From a virus (Duplodnaviria; Caudoviricetes), in IMG/VR virus record IMGVR_UViG_3300042568_000857, positions 1 through 61,843 of that record: a DNA stretch of 61,843 nt; one strand, 5' to 3'. Made by a program: the position numbers and the translations under genes. The notes under the pieces are model-generated. The model searched no databases. It was not told where the DNA came from and saw only the letters and a list, made by a program, of their open reading frames with translations. Each line of letters starts with the position of its first letter. Within the stretch, counting starts at the first letter, position 1. Positions 49,935 to 59,093 of this stretch are shown piece after piece.

Positions 49935-51418
49935 CTCCCCAAACAACCGCCGCCCAAGAGTCACCCACGCCCTTTGGCAAAGGCAGCCGCCGTGGCGAAC
50001 TTTCGCCCGAAGAACTGCTTGCCAACCTGAACCACGCCTTGCCATGGAGTGACGATAGCGAGAAAGGCGTGCTCTCGTCCCTCCTGCAAGATCCCCGCCG
50101 ACTCCGCCATGCCCGCCAGAAGATGCGGCCAGATGCGTTCTACCATGAAAGAAACCGCACAACGTATGTGGAACTACTCACCATGGAAGAGGCAGGCCTG
50201 CCCATTGACCCCGTTCTACTCACCAACCGGCTACGGGACCAAAAGAAGTTGGACATGGTAGGCGGCCCGGCGGCGATGATGGAGCTTTTCACCTTTGTTC
50301 CTAGCCCTGCCCACTTTGAGCACTACATGACCGACCTCGTAGGCCGCTGGAAGCTCCGCCAAGCCATCCACGGCTACGCCAAGGCCCTCCACGGCATCCA
50401 AGCAGCCTTTGCCGAGGGCCGGGCTGACACCACGGCAGACGGCGTGCGGGGCAGCCTGAACTTGGCCGGGCAGACGGTGCAGGCGTTCTTGGGCGATTAC
50501 GCGGACTCAGGAGACACCACGGCCAGCCTGAAAGAATGCTTGATGGAGCACATGGACTACATGGGCAAGCTCACCGAGCGGTTGCAGTCGGGGGAGAATC
50601 CGTTGATACCGACCGGCATCCCGACACTGGACAAGGTTTGTGGGGGTATTGGCGCAGATGAATACTGGCTTGTCACCGGCCCCACAAAGTCGGGTAAATC
50701 GGTGCTCACGGGCAATATAGCCGTTCACGCCGCCCGCCGGGGAGTCCGCACCAAAGTTTACACCAACGAAGTCGGCAGGAGGTCCTATGCTGGACGCATC
50801 CTCTCATCATGTTGCAAACATCTGACCGGAGCTATGGACCGGCACGGCCTCAAAGAGCGGTGGCAACAAGAGGAATATGCGCAGGCTCAAAAGCAGCTTG
50901 TGGCCGACATCGGCAAGGTACTTCTGATCGACAACGCCGCTGGGAAGTATGTCGAGGATATTGTTGCAGACATCCGCATGGAGGTAGAGCGCGGGGCCGG
51001 GCTGTTTGTGGTGGACCTTATCGGCAAGATCCGCAGTCGGGAGCGATTCGGCAGCCGTGAGCAGGAGCTAGCCCACATTTCCGGCAGCCTGTGCAACGCC
51101 ACCAAGACCTATTCCGTGCCCATCATCGTAGTAAGCCAAGAGAACGACGAGGGGCAAGTTCGGGAAAGCCGCAGCCTAGCTTTTGACTGCGAGTGCTGGC
51201 TACGCCTCCAGCACTTCACGCCGCCAGCCGAGAAAGGCCGGGGAGGCTTTGGCAAGTCGGCCACGCCGCCTGAGATCGTGCAGGACCGGCGCATTTTGCG
51301 GGTGGAGCTGGCCCGAGGCTTTGCGGCAGGCGAAAAAATCCCGTGCATATTTGATGGCCCGAGGTACACTATTAGGGAGTTGAGCCCAGACGAATCCCAT
51401 TGGACTGACAGCATGTAA
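49931..51418 (+). CDS. dnaB: DnaB-like replicative helicase
   Basis: LPWSDDSEKGVLSSLL..FYHERN N-domain; IPTGIPTLD, GPTKSGKS, VVDLI, VSQEN, RESRSL. Confidence 0.88.
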   Translation: MTPQTTAAQESPTPFGKGSRRGELSPEELLANLNHALPWSDDSEKGVLSSLLQDPRRLRHARQKMRPDAFYHERNRTTYVELLTMEEAGLPIDPVLLTNRLRDQKKLDMVGGPAAMMELFTFVPSPAHFEHYMTDLVGRWKLRQAIHGYAKALHGIQAAFAEGRADTTADGVRGSLNLAGQTVQAFLGDYADSGDTTASLKECLMEHMDYMGKLTERLQSGENPLIPTGIPTLDKVCGGIGADEYWLVTGPTKSGKSVLTGNIAVHAARRGVRTKVYTNEVGRRSYAGRILSSCCKHLTGAMDRHGLKERWQQEEYAQAQKQLVADIGKVLLIDNAAGKYVEDIVADIRMEVERGAGLFVVDLIGKIRSRERFGSREQELAHISGSLCNATKTYSVPIIVVSQENDEGQVRESRSLAFDCECWLRLQHFTPPAEKGRGGFGKSATPPEIVQDRRILRVELARGFAAGEKIPCIFDGPRYTIRELSPDESHWTDSM

Positions 51419-51436
51419 CACCAGACATCCGACACC

Positions 51437-51715
51437 ATGACCGCCGAAGACGCCCTCTTTACCCTTCCCGCCAGCCCGCCGCCAGCCCTGGCCCGCCTCC
51501 GGGCAGAATACGCCGAGGCCGTGGCGGCATGGCACGCCGCAGACGAGCACGAAGACGAGAGCGGGGAGGCTGTGCCCCGTGAGGTCACTCGCCGAATGCA
51601 CCGCGCCGAATGCTGCCTCCGCGCCGAAGAGGCCCGTCTGGCCGCCTTGGCCGACACTAGCCACTGCGACGAGCTTGGCGTGGCCTTTGCTGAACTTCCA
51701 CACGCGCTCCCATGA
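51437..51715 (+). CDS. Hypothetical protein
   Basis: ATG after CCAGACATCCGACACC. Confidence 0.6.
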   Translation: MTAEDALFTLPASPPPALARLRAEYAEAVAAWHAADEHEDESGEAVPREVTRRMHRAECCLRAEEARLAALADTSHCDELGVAFAELPHALP

Positions 51716-51894
51716 CCGCCACCCAGCCCTGCCCCATCGCCCGAGCCGAGGCTGGCCTAGCCGCCATCTTCGCCGCCTGCCAAGCCAACAAGGCCCGCGC
51801 TGCCCAGGCACGGCAGGCCAAGGCCGACGCCCGGCTTGCCCAGGGCGGGCTCTGGTGGCGGAAAGACAATTCACCCACACAACACAATGACTGA
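51712..51894 (+). CDS. Hypothetical protein
   Basis: Coupled small ORF. Confidence 0.45.
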   Translation: MTATQPCPIARAEAGLAAIFAACQANKARAAQARQAKADARLAQGGLWWRKDNSPTQHND

Positions 51895-52177
51895 AATCAC
51901 CTCATCCGAACAAACCTTTGATGCCATCGCTTCTGCACTCATGCCTTTAGAGCCGGGCGAGTCAGTAGCCATTTTGGTTTATATGACCGCTCTCGTCACC
52001 ACTAAATACAATCCTGGCGTTCCTGCCGCCGGGCTCAAGGCCAAGTTATCTGACATGATTGGCGTGGCTATAGATGCCCAGGCCGAGCTGGCCGCCAAGG
52101 TCGCCGTGGCCGTGGACGGGCAGATTGGCGACGGCACCGGCTGGGCTGGCTTTGCCGATTCGCAGGTGGCGGGCTAG
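51887..52177 (+). CDS. Hypothetical protein
   Basis: ORF from MTEITSSEQ. Confidence 0.55.
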   Translation: MTEITSSEQTFDAIASALMPLEPGESVAILVYMTALVTTKYNPGVPAAGLKAKLSDMIGVAIDAQAELAAKVAVAVDGQIGDGTGWAGFADSQVAG

Positions 52178-52180
52178 GCT

Positions 52181-52411
52181 ATGAATGCGCTCGTCCATCA
52201 CTGCACGCCAGTAAATCGGGATGCGGCGTTCATCCTGCGCCCATCTACTCTGCAAGGCCAGCCAAGCGTGCCGATTGAACAGCAGGGCACTATCAGCAAA
52301 TGCCCGTACTGCGGCGGGCGGGCCTACCGGGGTGGCTGGTGCTTTGGCTGTGGGGCCTCGCTGCCTAGAGTTGCCCTGCGCTGCGGTAAAGCAGGGACAG
52401 ATTGCGAATAA
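52181..52411 (+). CDS. Small Zn-ribbon protein
   Basis: CPYCGG..CFGCGA. Confidence 0.5.
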   Translation: MNALVHHCTPVNRDAAFILRPSTLQGQPSVPIEQQGTISKCPYCGGRAYRGGWCFGCGASLPRVALRCGKAGTDCE

Positions 52412-55355
52412 CCCACGGGCTTTGTTCTGCGGAGGTGATGGTAAAGCGGATCTTGACTGCTTCTCCGCCAAGTTGGCACATTATTTTTCTAAGTTGCTGT
52501 GTCCCTGTGCTGTAAAGGTCATCTATAGTGCGCGTGACGCTAAAACCGGATTTGTTGATTAGCTCAATATCCACCCAGGCTCTGCTGTTTTTGATCGTGG
52601 AAAACAGCAGGCCGGTAAATTGTTTGAAACTCGAAAGCCTACCCAGGTCAATAAAGCCCGTTTCGATTACTGCCTGATAGGCTTGATAATATCTAAAACC
52701 TCCTCGGTCAACGTAGCCATATCCGGCATATTGAACCGGAATTGGGTCAATGATGGCGTGCGGAGTGTAAGCAGAGCTAGAGCTAAGCTCATCTCCGCTG
52801 TCATTTTGTTGGCGCGAGTCCATGAAAAACAAGTTTCCGTCCTCATCGCAAAAAACAGTTTCAGGGCGCTCCGCCTCCATCTTTGCCACGCAAAAGACTT
52901 TAGGGTATGTGAACTCACCAACGACTCCGTTGTTTTGGAAATCAAACGCAAAGCTAGTCAACGTGTTGTCTTGTCCAGGGAACGAATACCAGTAGATCTC
53001 CGAGCGGAGGTCAATATATGTATTCACACGGTCGGGTTGTTGGCCAATTCTATCAATATTCGCGATGTCGAGGATGTACTCAATGGCATCTTTGGTGCTA
53101 GCGGCAATGTTTCGGCGTCCGTAGCGGGCACCGCTAAACTCATAGATTTGCAGGTCAGATCCCAAGAAGAAGATTTTGGAGTTCTCATAATCTGTGATGC
53201 ACGCCGGATTGAGCGCCCCCACCGTAACCTGCGGGATATGCTTGTCGGCTGTCGGATCGGACGGGTTCAGTAGAATCACGCCGTTGTTGGTGTGGACGTG
53301 GAGCCGGTAATCATCCGTATAAAGCGCCGTCACTCGTAGGCGGCTGGTCTGGCGGGCTAAACTGACAAGCTCTGGTTCCTGCGAATATGCGCCTTCTGGG
53401 CAAATCTCGTCGTCGGTCGCGTTCTTGGAGACATAAAGCAGGTCGGGATTATCAAGACCGCCACCGAACCAAGTCTGGCCACCCACCATCACAACATCCT
53501 TGTACGGCAAAGGCCGGTTTTGGTCCACTGACATCGCGGAACCGATTTCTGTATTCGTGCCGACCTGCAATGTCTTTGTGCCAGACGTATTCGCCACCTC
53601 GCCCACAAAGGACCACACGGCAGCCGTGCCCTCGCCGAACTGAAAATACACCCGGATCAAATCAAACCGCCCGCCCTCTGCCGCCGGGTCCGGCGTGATG
53701 GTCACTAGGATGTCAGAGCGGGTGGACTCGTCCAAGATGATCGTGTTGGAGATGTCGGAGGAAATGCCCTCATAGCCCAGCCGCTCCGTGCCTGAGTCGA
53801 AATAGCGCAAATACACGGTGCAGGTCTGCGAGGTCAGGCCCTCCGACGTGCCCGCCCCCAGGCCGCCCGACAAGAAGGCTGGGCCGTAACTGCCTGCGTC
53901 GCTTGTGGCATCGGCGGCGGACTTGGCGGCCTCCAGAATGCCCACAACGCGGGTATCGGCGTTGACGTAGGCAACCACGGCGTCGGTGGAGTTGATGGGC
54001 GCGGTGCTGCCCGTGATGATGGTGTAGAGGTACGGGTTGCTTGTCGTACCTGTGCCGGAGAGCGTGGAACTAATCGAGGTCGCGTAGGCCGACTGCTGGA
54101 TGGCGACTTGGATACGGTTGTTGCCGCCGGAGCCGGGGAAGTTTGTGGCGTCCGCCGTGAACGTGAGCGTGGCCGTGCCAGCCCTGACCGCCGTTCCTGT
54201 GGGAACAATGTTTTGCGTGCCACTGCCAGCCGTTGTGAGATTGATCGCCGCACCGCCAGCCGTGGCCGCCAGTTTGAAGAAGAACACATTAGTGCCCACG
54301 TCACGCATGTAGTATGTTGTGGCGACGAGAAGCGGGCTTGGCAGCGTGCCCGAAGTTGTGAGCGTGACGGCCTGGGCGTCGCTGTAGCCGTGGCCGAAAA
54401 GTTGGTAAAGCACCACGCCAGAGCCCGCCGTGGTGATGTCGATGGCAGCCCCGCCCGCCGTAGCGGCTAGGCTTGTCGTCGTGCCGGAAACAGATTTGCA
54501 GTAGTACAGCGTGTTGTTGGTAAGGCCAGCCGGGGCCGAGGTCGCCACCAGCAAGACAGCCATGCCCTCGGTAGGCAGGAAGCCCGACACGGCCAGCGTA
54601 TTAGCCGAGGCCGAGACAACGCACGTTGCTGACGCTGAGTAACTGTAAACGTAATCCGTCGCCACCACGGGCAGGAACATGAAGGCCGCCGAGCCCGCCG
54701 AGCCCGGCAAGGCCCATCTGGCCTGCACGTTGCTAGTGCCCGCAGGCGTGGCCCGGCTGATGACCGGCGTGGCGGGCTGGGCGTTGCTGCCTGCCGAGCG
54801 CCACTTGCCCGGCGTGGCCGTGCGGCCTAGCTGGAAGATGCCGGGTGTGTCTGTGCTGGCGTTGTTGCTCAGCATGAGCTGGGTGGCCGTGCGCTTGCCA
54901 TACCAGCGGGCGTTGGCGTCGAAGCCTACGGCCAATACTTCCCAGGTGGGCGTGCCTGCGGAGAAATCGTAGTCGCCGGAGGTGAAACTGCCGTCATCGC
55001 CGCCATAAAAGAGGCCGCGTGCCTTGCTCTGGGTGAGGTCGTAGAAGAGGATGAAGTTCTTGCCCTGGCGATAGACGCGCACCAGCACTGTCTTATTGGC
55101 CGTCCTTGCCGCCCCGTCCACGCCCACGCCGGACGGGTAGCCGGTGAAGGGCAGGCTGCGGATCTTGGTGGCGGCGGTTTCTGATTCAAAGGTCGCCCAT
55201 AATCTTACATACTTAGGAATACCTTTTATTGCGCCAGTCGGTCTAAGTAGGGTGTTGATGGCGCGCTGTAGCCGCCCTCCCATGTCGGTTGACTCGATTG
55301 AACTCGCCAGAGTACCAAACTCGCGGACATCGTGTGTGTAAAGTTGCGCTCCCAT
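52365..55355 (-). CDS. Tail nozzle/stabilisation-type structural protein
   Basis: 996 aa, beta-propeller-like C-half; two internal repeats (YY..V....LAATAGGAAI..TTAGSG); follows adaptor gene. Confidence 0.6.
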   Translation of the reverse strand: MGAQLYTHDVREFGTLASSIESTDMGGRLQRAINTLLRPTGAIKGIPKYVRLWATFESETAATKIRSLPFTGYPSGVGVDGAARTANKTVLVRVYRQGKNFILFYDLTQSKARGLFYGGDDGSFTSGDYDFSAGTPTWEVLAVGFDANARWYGKRTATQLMLSNNASTDTPGIFQLGRTATPGKWRSAGSNAQPATPVISRATPAGTSNVQARWALPGSAGSAAFMFLPVVATDYVYSYSASATCVVSASANTLAVSGFLPTEGMAVLLVATSAPAGLTNNTLYYCKSVSGTTTSLAATAGGAAIDITTAGSGVVLYQLFGHGYSDAQAVTLTTSGTLPSPLLVATTYYMRDVGTNVFFFKLAATAGGAAINLTTAGSGTQNIVPTGTAVRAGTATLTFTADATNFPGSGGNNRIQVAIQQSAYATSISSTLSGTGTTSNPYLYTIITGSTAPINSTDAVVAYVNADTRVVGILEAAKSAADATSDAGSYGPAFLSGGLGAGTSEGLTSQTCTVYLRYFDSGTERLGYEGISSDISNTIILDESTRSDILVTITPDPAAEGGRFDLIRVYFQFGEGTAAVWSFVGEVANTSGTKTLQVGTNTEIGSAMSVDQNRPLPYKDVVMVGGQTWFGGGLDNPDLLYVSKNATDDEICPEGAYSQEPELVSLARQTSRLRVTALYTDDYRLHVHTNNGVILLNPSDPTADKHIPQVTVGALNPACITDYENSKIFFLGSDLQIYEFSGARYGRRNIAASTKDAIEYILDIANIDRIGQQPDRVNTYIDLRSEIYWYSFPGQDNTLTSFAFDFQNNGVVGEFTYPKVFCVAKMEAERPETVFCDEDGNLFFMDSRQQNDSGDELSSSSAYTPHAIIDPIPVQYAGYGYVDRGGFRYYQAYQAVIETGFIDLGRLSSFKQFTGLLFSTIKNSRAWVDIELINKSGFSVTRTIDDLYSTGTQQLRKIMCQLGGEAVKIRFTITSAEQSPWVIRNLSLLYRSAGQL

Positions 55356-56281
55356 TATCTCTGTTGGCTGTAGCGGTAGCGTTTCTGGATGTTCCCGGCA
55401 ATCGTGAGCTGGGCGGCCTTGGTCATGGCTAAGGAGTAATCGTCTTGAAGCTCAGACTTTGGAATACTGCAAAATTGGTACGAAGCAAAAAACCAGCGCA
55501 CCACTGGCAAAAGTATCTCAACGTCTTTTCCTTGTGGCATCAAGGTCGTGCGGGTGTCCGCCAGCGTCGTCACGGGAGCGAACACAAGTTTCTTAGCGTC
55601 ATAGACGAGCTTGTGAGCCTCGCCCGGCAGTGTGTCGAGCATCAGGCCTCCGCGAAGCGTGCCAAGCACCATCTGGGCGTAGGGCCAGTAGCGGGAGGCT
55701 AGCTGCACTTGCTTTTGCAAGGCCAGCACTAGCCCGGCGTAGCGGCGGTCAAAGTCCATGCTGTAGTTCATCCAACCCATATTTAGGTCGGAGGCTCCTT
55801 GGGCGGGTAGCAAAATGGTTTGCTTGTCGAGGCTCACGGGGTCCATGACCGTTCGCACGTTTGTAGGCATCATAATCCAATCATTATACACCGTCGCCGA
55901 ATAGGTTCCGCTTGCTCCCATGAATGGCTCGGAAAGTAAGGGCGCGGATGGCGTGGACTCGTCCTCAATACGGTTAAGCGTGCTGTCGCCAGTGATGAGG
56001 ATTGAGTTTCCCGGCATCCAGGTGGAAACGTAGCCAGAGTTGAATGTGATGGCCTTAGAGTATTGGGTAACGGTGACGCTTACCGTGACGGGCGGTCTGA
56101 CGACCTCTGCCTGATCTGGCCGTACCTGATAGTAAACAGCGGGGTTTGACTCCCCTACTGCTTCGAGACCTCTGTTGATGTCGCCGATGATGCGCGCCTC
56201 CAAGTTTGGAGGTCCATGCGAGGTCTCTTCGAGACCACACATCCCTAAAAGCTCGTCCCTGATGGTTTGTACAATCGCCAT
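55355..56281 (-). CDS. Head-tail adaptor-like protein
   Basis: Helical N-terminus (IIGDINRGL); position between capsid and nozzle genes. Confidence 0.55.
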   Translation of the reverse strand: MAIVQTIRDELLGMCGLEETSHGPPNLEARIIGDINRGLEAVGESNPAVYYQVRPDQAEVVRPPVTVSVTVTQYSKAITFNSGYVSTWMPGNSILITGDSTLNRIEDESTPSAPLLSEPFMGASGTYSATVYNDWIMMPTNVRTVMDPVSLDKQTILLPAQGASDLNMGWMNYSMDFDRRYAGLVLALQKQVQLASRYWPYAQMVLGTLRGGLMLDTLPGEAHKLVYDAKKLVFAPVTTLADTRTTLMPQGKDVEILLPVVRWFFASYQFCSIPKSELQDDYSLAMTKAAQLTIAGNIQKRYRYSQQR

Positions 56282-56326
56282 TGTCCCATGTTACTCGCTC
56301 GCCCCTGTACGGCAAGAGCAATTCGC

Positions 56327-56394
56327 TTGCACAGATTGTAGCGTTGGATAGAATGTCGCGCCGATTAGAGGTCGAAACTCCGCACGGCGCTAAC
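56327..56394 (+). promoter_or_regulatory. HNH-5 leader: promoter, hairpin, CTAAC
   Basis: TTGCAC-N16-TAGAATG; stem GCGCCG..GAG/CTC..CGGCGC (56358-56390); TAAC. Confidence 0.7.
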
Positions 56395-56410
56395 TCCAAT
56401 TCATCATACC

Positions 56411-57022
56411 ATGAACGAAGCTACGACCACCGTGCTACCAGCACGCAGCGAAATCAAGCTCACTCCATCTCAAGAGGCGAGTTTTTGGGCGAAAGTGAAC
56501 AAAGACGGCCCAACGATGCCGCACATGGAAAGCCCGTGCTGGGTCTGGACATCCGACACAATAAAAAACGGTTATGGCCGTATGCGTGTAGGTCGCAAGA
56601 ATTTTCTTGCCCACCGTATCGCATGGACGCTGGCTAATGGCCCTATACCGCATGATGGCAGCCACCACGGGATTTGTGTATGCCATAGATGTGATCGTCG
56701 TAATTGCACAAATCCTGCGCATTTCTTCCTTGGCACTAACGCTGACAACATACGCGATATGTTCGCTAAAAAGCGCAATGGTAGCAGCATAAAGCCAGAA
56801 AGCAGGCCACGCGGAGACAACCATCATTTTCGGACAAAACCTGAATGCGTTCGACGTGGTGAGTTACATGGTCGCGCTAAATTTAGTGCTAACCTAGTAT
56901 TGGATATACGAGGTGCATACTCGGCGGGCAACATTTCGCAAAAGCAACTGGCCGCACAATTTGGAATGTCACGCTCTTTGATTAGTCTTATAGTCCACCG
57001 CAAAATCTGGCGGCACATCTGA
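56411..57022 (+). CDS. HNH homing endonuclease copy 5 (antisense within structural operon)
   Basis: Same family signature; VCHRCDRRNCTNPAH..N. Confidence 0.92.
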   Translation: MNEATTTVLPARSEIKLTPSQEASFWAKVNKDGPTMPHMESPCWVWTSDTIKNGYGRMRVGRKNFLAHRIAWTLANGPIPHDGSHHGICVCHRCDRRNCTNPAHFFLGTNADNIRDMFAKKRNGSSIKPESRPRGDNHHFRTKPECVRRGELHGRAKFSANLVLDIRGAYSAGNISQKQLAAQFGMSRSLISLIVHRKIWRHI

Positions 57023-57052
57023 CCCTGCCCGCCAGCCGTGGGCAAGCCCTTT

Positions 57053-57253
57053 TCAGCCGTCTGCCGTGGCCTGGGCGGCGGCCTGCCTGCCCTCGTCATA
57101 AACTGCCTTCATGTGGGCGGCAATAAGTAGCATTTCAATCCACTCGCGTGAGCCTTTTTGTAATTGCTCTGGCATCCTATTGAGGTCGTAGAGCAGGCTA
57201 AGTGTGGCGGGATTACTGTTAATCCAGGCTAGTGCTTCTTGTTCGTTTTTCAT
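57053..57253 (-). CDS. Hypothetical protein
   Basis: ORF from MKNEQEAL. Confidence 0.55.
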   Translation of the reverse strand: MKNEQEALAWINSNPATLSLLYDLNRMPEQLQKGSREWIEMLLIAAHMKAVYDEGRQAAAQATADG

Positions 57254-57257
57254 GGTG

Positions 57258-57482
57258 TTAGAGCGCGTAAACCAGCCCGCCAGCCTCCCTGAACTGCTTT
57301 GGCTGGCTCCTGACCGCCGAGGCCGTGACGGGGAAGCTGTGCCCGGCCTTGGCGGCGAGGGCGGCAAGGCTGAGGGGGCCGGAGGCTAGGGCGGCCTTGA
57401 GGGCGGGCGTGATGCTGGGGGCGATGTCGCGGAGGCTGGCGGCATAGGCTCCGGCGGTGAGGCGTGGGCGGTGGGTGGACAT
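57258..57482 (-). CDS. Small winged-HTH-like protein
   Basis: GPLSLAALAAKAG..FREAGGLVY, similar to the C-terminus of the upstream gene. Confidence 0.55.
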   Translation of the reverse strand: MSTHRPRLTAGAYAASLRDIAPSITPALKAALASGPLSLAALAAKAGHSFPVTASAVRSQPKQFREAGGLVYAL

Positions 57483-57494
57483 GGTTAATGGCAG

Positions 57495-58154
57495 TTAGCT
57501 GACAAGGAACACTCTGCCGTTTTTCTCCACAAACTGGCCCGGCAGGCTCTTGGCCGTGGCGCGCACCTGGGCGGGTGTCAGGCCGGTGGCCTTGGCTGCC
57601 TCGGCGATTTTGAGGCCGCGCTGGCTAACGGCAGAGGCTAGGAGGAGGGCGCAGTCTTCTTGGGGAACGCCGTCGTTGTAGCGTGGATCACACACGGCCC
57701 CGCCTGGGCGCTTGGCTGGCTGGCTTTCAGGCACGCCGGAGAATGGCGGGTTGCCATTTTTATCGTAGAGCGCGGCTTCGACATCGCCCACCGTGAGCTT
57801 GGCGGCCTCGGCTATGGCCTTCATCTGGGCCTCTACCTCCGCCAGTGTGCCCACTCCAAATCGTGCCTGTAGCTCATGGGCTAGGCAGGCTTCTGCTGTG
57901 GCGTGTAGGCTGCCGTCCTCGGCCTCGAAGTCCACGTCTGGCACTGGGCGCATGGGCTGGTAAGCGGCCAAGTATGGCCCGGCCACCTTGTTCTGGTCGT
58001 CCCACTCGGCGCGGGTTAAGATGCGAACTGGGTAGCCTTTCTTGGGCCTCACGTCTGAGCGGGCTCGGGTGGGCAAGGTCTGGCCGTTGCTGGCGGCGAT
58101 GGGGAAGGCTTGGCCGGGGTGTTGCGGATAGCAAATTTGGAGATGAGTAATCAT
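57495..58154 (-). CDS. Hypothetical protein with C-terminal wHTH-like domain
   Basis: GLKIAEAAKATGLTPAQVR..FVEKNGRVF. Confidence 0.6.
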   Translation of the reverse strand: MITHLQICYPQHPGQAFPIAASNGQTLPTRARSDVRPKKGYPVRILTRAEWDDQNKVAGPYLAAYQPMRPVPDVDFEAEDGSLHATAEACLAHELQARFGVGTLAEVEAQMKAIAEAAKLTVGDVEAALYDKNGNPPFSGVPESQPAKRPGGAVCDPRYNDGVPQEDCALLLASAVSQRGLKIAEAAKATGLTPAQVRATAKSLPGQFVEKNGRVFLVS

Positions 58155-58390
58155 GGTTTGAGAGTGAATCGGTTTTTAAGAAGTGCATTGCCATCATACC
58201 CAAGCAGCCCCCGGCGAACGAGCGCCCAGAGGTGCATCATAGCCGCCGTCTGGCTGGCATGGCCGAACTTGGCCTGGATGGCCCGGCTGCTTGGCAGGCG
58301 GCCTGTCTCGGCGTGGCTGGCCCGGCAGAAGGCCAGGATGGCGGCTTGCTTGGCCGTGGCTGGGCGGGTGATGGGGGCTAGGATTGGCAT
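58151..58390 (-). CDS. LexA-type DNA-binding domain protein (no peptidase domain)
   Basis: TAKQAAILAF..ETGRLPSSRAIQAKFG..S..AAMMHLWALVRRGLL. Confidence 0.75.
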   Translation of the reverse strand: MPILAPITRPATAKQAAILAFCRASHAETGRLPSSRAIQAKFGHASQTAAMMHLWALVRRGLLGYDGNALLKNRFTLKP

Positions 58391-58467
58391 CGGATGTCGT
58401 AGGCCAACAATAAGCCCGGCCCGCCGAAAAGGCAAGGCCGGGCTGGCTGATTGTTTGGCCGGGCGGC

Positions 58468-59010
58468 TTAGGCGGCGGCTTCGATCTTGGCAAGGTCGCC
58501 GTCGGCGTCCATGAACCAGCCTTTCCATGCAGTCGCGGAGACGCATGTGAGGTAGCATGTGGAGTTGGCGGCAATGGCGGACTCCGCGCTAGCGCCTGTG
58601 CCGCCGTTGATGGCGATGGTAGCCGGGTCTGAGCTGCGAAGCTCAAAGCCGGTTGCAGCGACGTTGATTACAAGTTGCTTGCCTACCACGGGGGCTGGCA
58701 AGATAACAATGTCGTTGGCACCTGCGCTGGTGACAGTGACGTGGCTGGAGGCTGCCGCAATGGCGACACCGCCTGCGGTTGCCGTGACGGCTTCCACCAC
58801 ATCGGAACGCGGGCCGCTGATCGTGCCTGCGTTGACGAGGGCATTCACGCCACTAAAAAACTGGGCCAGGGTCATGTCGGCGCAGATCCGAGGATCGCCG
58901 GATGGCTTGGACGAGTCGTAAACAAAGACGCGGTGATTGGTGGACAGGCTGGCCCCAAGAAGGGCTGGCAGGTCCGCCGGATTCGTTGGAATAGGGGTAA
59001 TCTGGAGCAT
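58468..59010 (-). CDS. Capsid decoration/minor structural protein
   Basis: A/T/G-rich beta protein directly after the capsid terminator. Confidence 0.55.
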   Translation of the reverse strand: MLQITPIPTNPADLPALLGASLSTNHRVFVYDSSKPSGDPRICADMTLAQFFSGVNALVNAGTISGPRSDVVEAVTATAGGVAIAAASSHVTVTSAGANDIVILPAPVVGKQLVINVAATGFELRSSDPATIAINGGTGASAESAIAANSTCYLTCVSATAWKGWFMDADGDLAKIEAAA

Positions 59011-59046
59011 TGAAGTAGGTAGCTAGAGGGTTGCGTTGAGTTTGCC

Positions 59047-59080
59047 AAAAAGGCCGCCCGGCGAGTGGGCTAGGCGGCCC
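59047..59080 (-). terminator. Intrinsic terminator after capsid gene
   Basis: GGCCGCCTAG/CCGGGCGGCC stem followed by T5. Confidence 0.75.
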
Positions 59081-59093
59081 CAAGGCGTGACCG

